From: Lama glama
Lineage: Eukaryota
Assembly (NCBI GenBank): GCA_028534125.1
Contig: CM052817.1
Coordinates: forward strand, 45,882,001-45,946,000
Direction of reading: 5' to 3'
DNA length: 64,000 bases
Every line of letters starts with the position of its first letter. Positions within the stretch are counted from its first letter, which is position 1. The position numbers and the translations under genes were made by a program. Positions 63,131-64,000 of this stretch are shown here, in pieces. A model generated the notes under the pieces. The model worked only from the letters and a program-made list of their open reading frames with translations. It did not search any database and was not told where the DNA came from.

Positions 63131-64000
63131 TCCAGTGACATGGAGACTAAATTTCAAGGCTGCTGGTTAAGCCCGGGTTTGACTTCCAGCTGCCTCTTTG
63201 ACCTTTGACCAAGATCGAGCTTCTGAAAATTTCTGGACTGCCCACCTGGTTCTGACCCGCTGCCTTGCTTGACCTACCTGTGCATTGTGACCCAGGTGGC
63301 AGGTCATGGGGCGCTTGACTGCAAGCCCCATTTGAAGATAGCCCAACCAGATCCTGTCTACACCGCTCACTCAGCTCTGGTTTGGCTCTCAGGGTGGTCC
63401 CCACCTTGTTCCCATGCTGACCAGACATGTTTATCTCCAGTGAGGAAATGCCCCAGGGCTGGTTCAGCTTCTACCCATGAAAATCCCCCTGCTTGTATTC
63501 CCTGGTCCCTGGGATACTGTGAAGTGAAGGATTTGGTAAAGAAAGAAACTCCAGAACATTCACTCCTGCAGAGTGCCTCTCTTTTTTGTTTGTAAAGATG
63601 GAAAAGACCTAGCATTCAGTTTAGGTTTTGTTTGAAATAAGAATTCTGCTATCAATGAAAGAGTTAAAACAATCACTATTCGAAATTTTTCATTAGAAAA
63701 ACCTGTGTAAAAATTATCTCCTATGACTGTAAACCTCCTCTCATTTGAACTATAAAGGCTTTAAAAAAATCTAAATTAACATTTCTATTTGAATAATTTG
63801 TTTTTAAGCTCAAAGGCAATAAAACCAAACTTACCATTTCTCTCACCCCAGCTTTCTTTCTATTTCCACCATTTGATTTCATCATTTACATAGCTACATA
63901 GTCGCTCTCAACTCATTGTTTATCCAGAGAGTGGTCTCAAATGAGTTTTAAATTTTTTTCTCTTGCAATGCCTTTGATACTGAGTCCTGGTTTTCATTTC

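Noticed and set aside
1..64000. The many 60-180 aa ORFs in the six-frame track as genes
   Set aside because: None resembles a cellular protein I recognise. They are short, many start at non-ATG codons, many overlap repeats, and there is no consistent exon chain. The only recognisable peptides are broken L1 ORF2.

Overview
AT-rich, CpG-depleted placental-mammal DNA with no protein-coding exon, RNA gene, CpG island or CRISPR array that I can support. It reads as intergenic or deep-intronic sequence. A large part is transposable-element debris: old MIR, L2, MaLR/ERVL LTRs, hAT and Tigger elements, old L1M fragments, several younger 5'-truncated L1 3' ends with target-site duplications (TSDs) and two ERV1-type solo LTRs. 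The young L1 3' ends, together with the absence of Alu, B1/B2, Bov-A/BovB, CHR, PRE1 and Can-SINEs, suggest a camelid genome (inference). The only ORFs with recognisable protein content are broken L1 ORF2 pieces. I found no convincing new biological system. The most unusual observations are: a tail-less inverted L1 fragment that starts almost exactly where another L1 40 kb away is internally deleted; an 87-bp dispersed duplication inside an inverted-repeat/low-complexity patch; a perfect 72-bp tandem duplication; a tiny TSD-flanked insert in an L1 tail; and a few repeat-free, motif-dense candidate regulatory elements. Repeat family names come from my recollection of consensus sequences, not from a search, and boundaries of old repeats are approximate.
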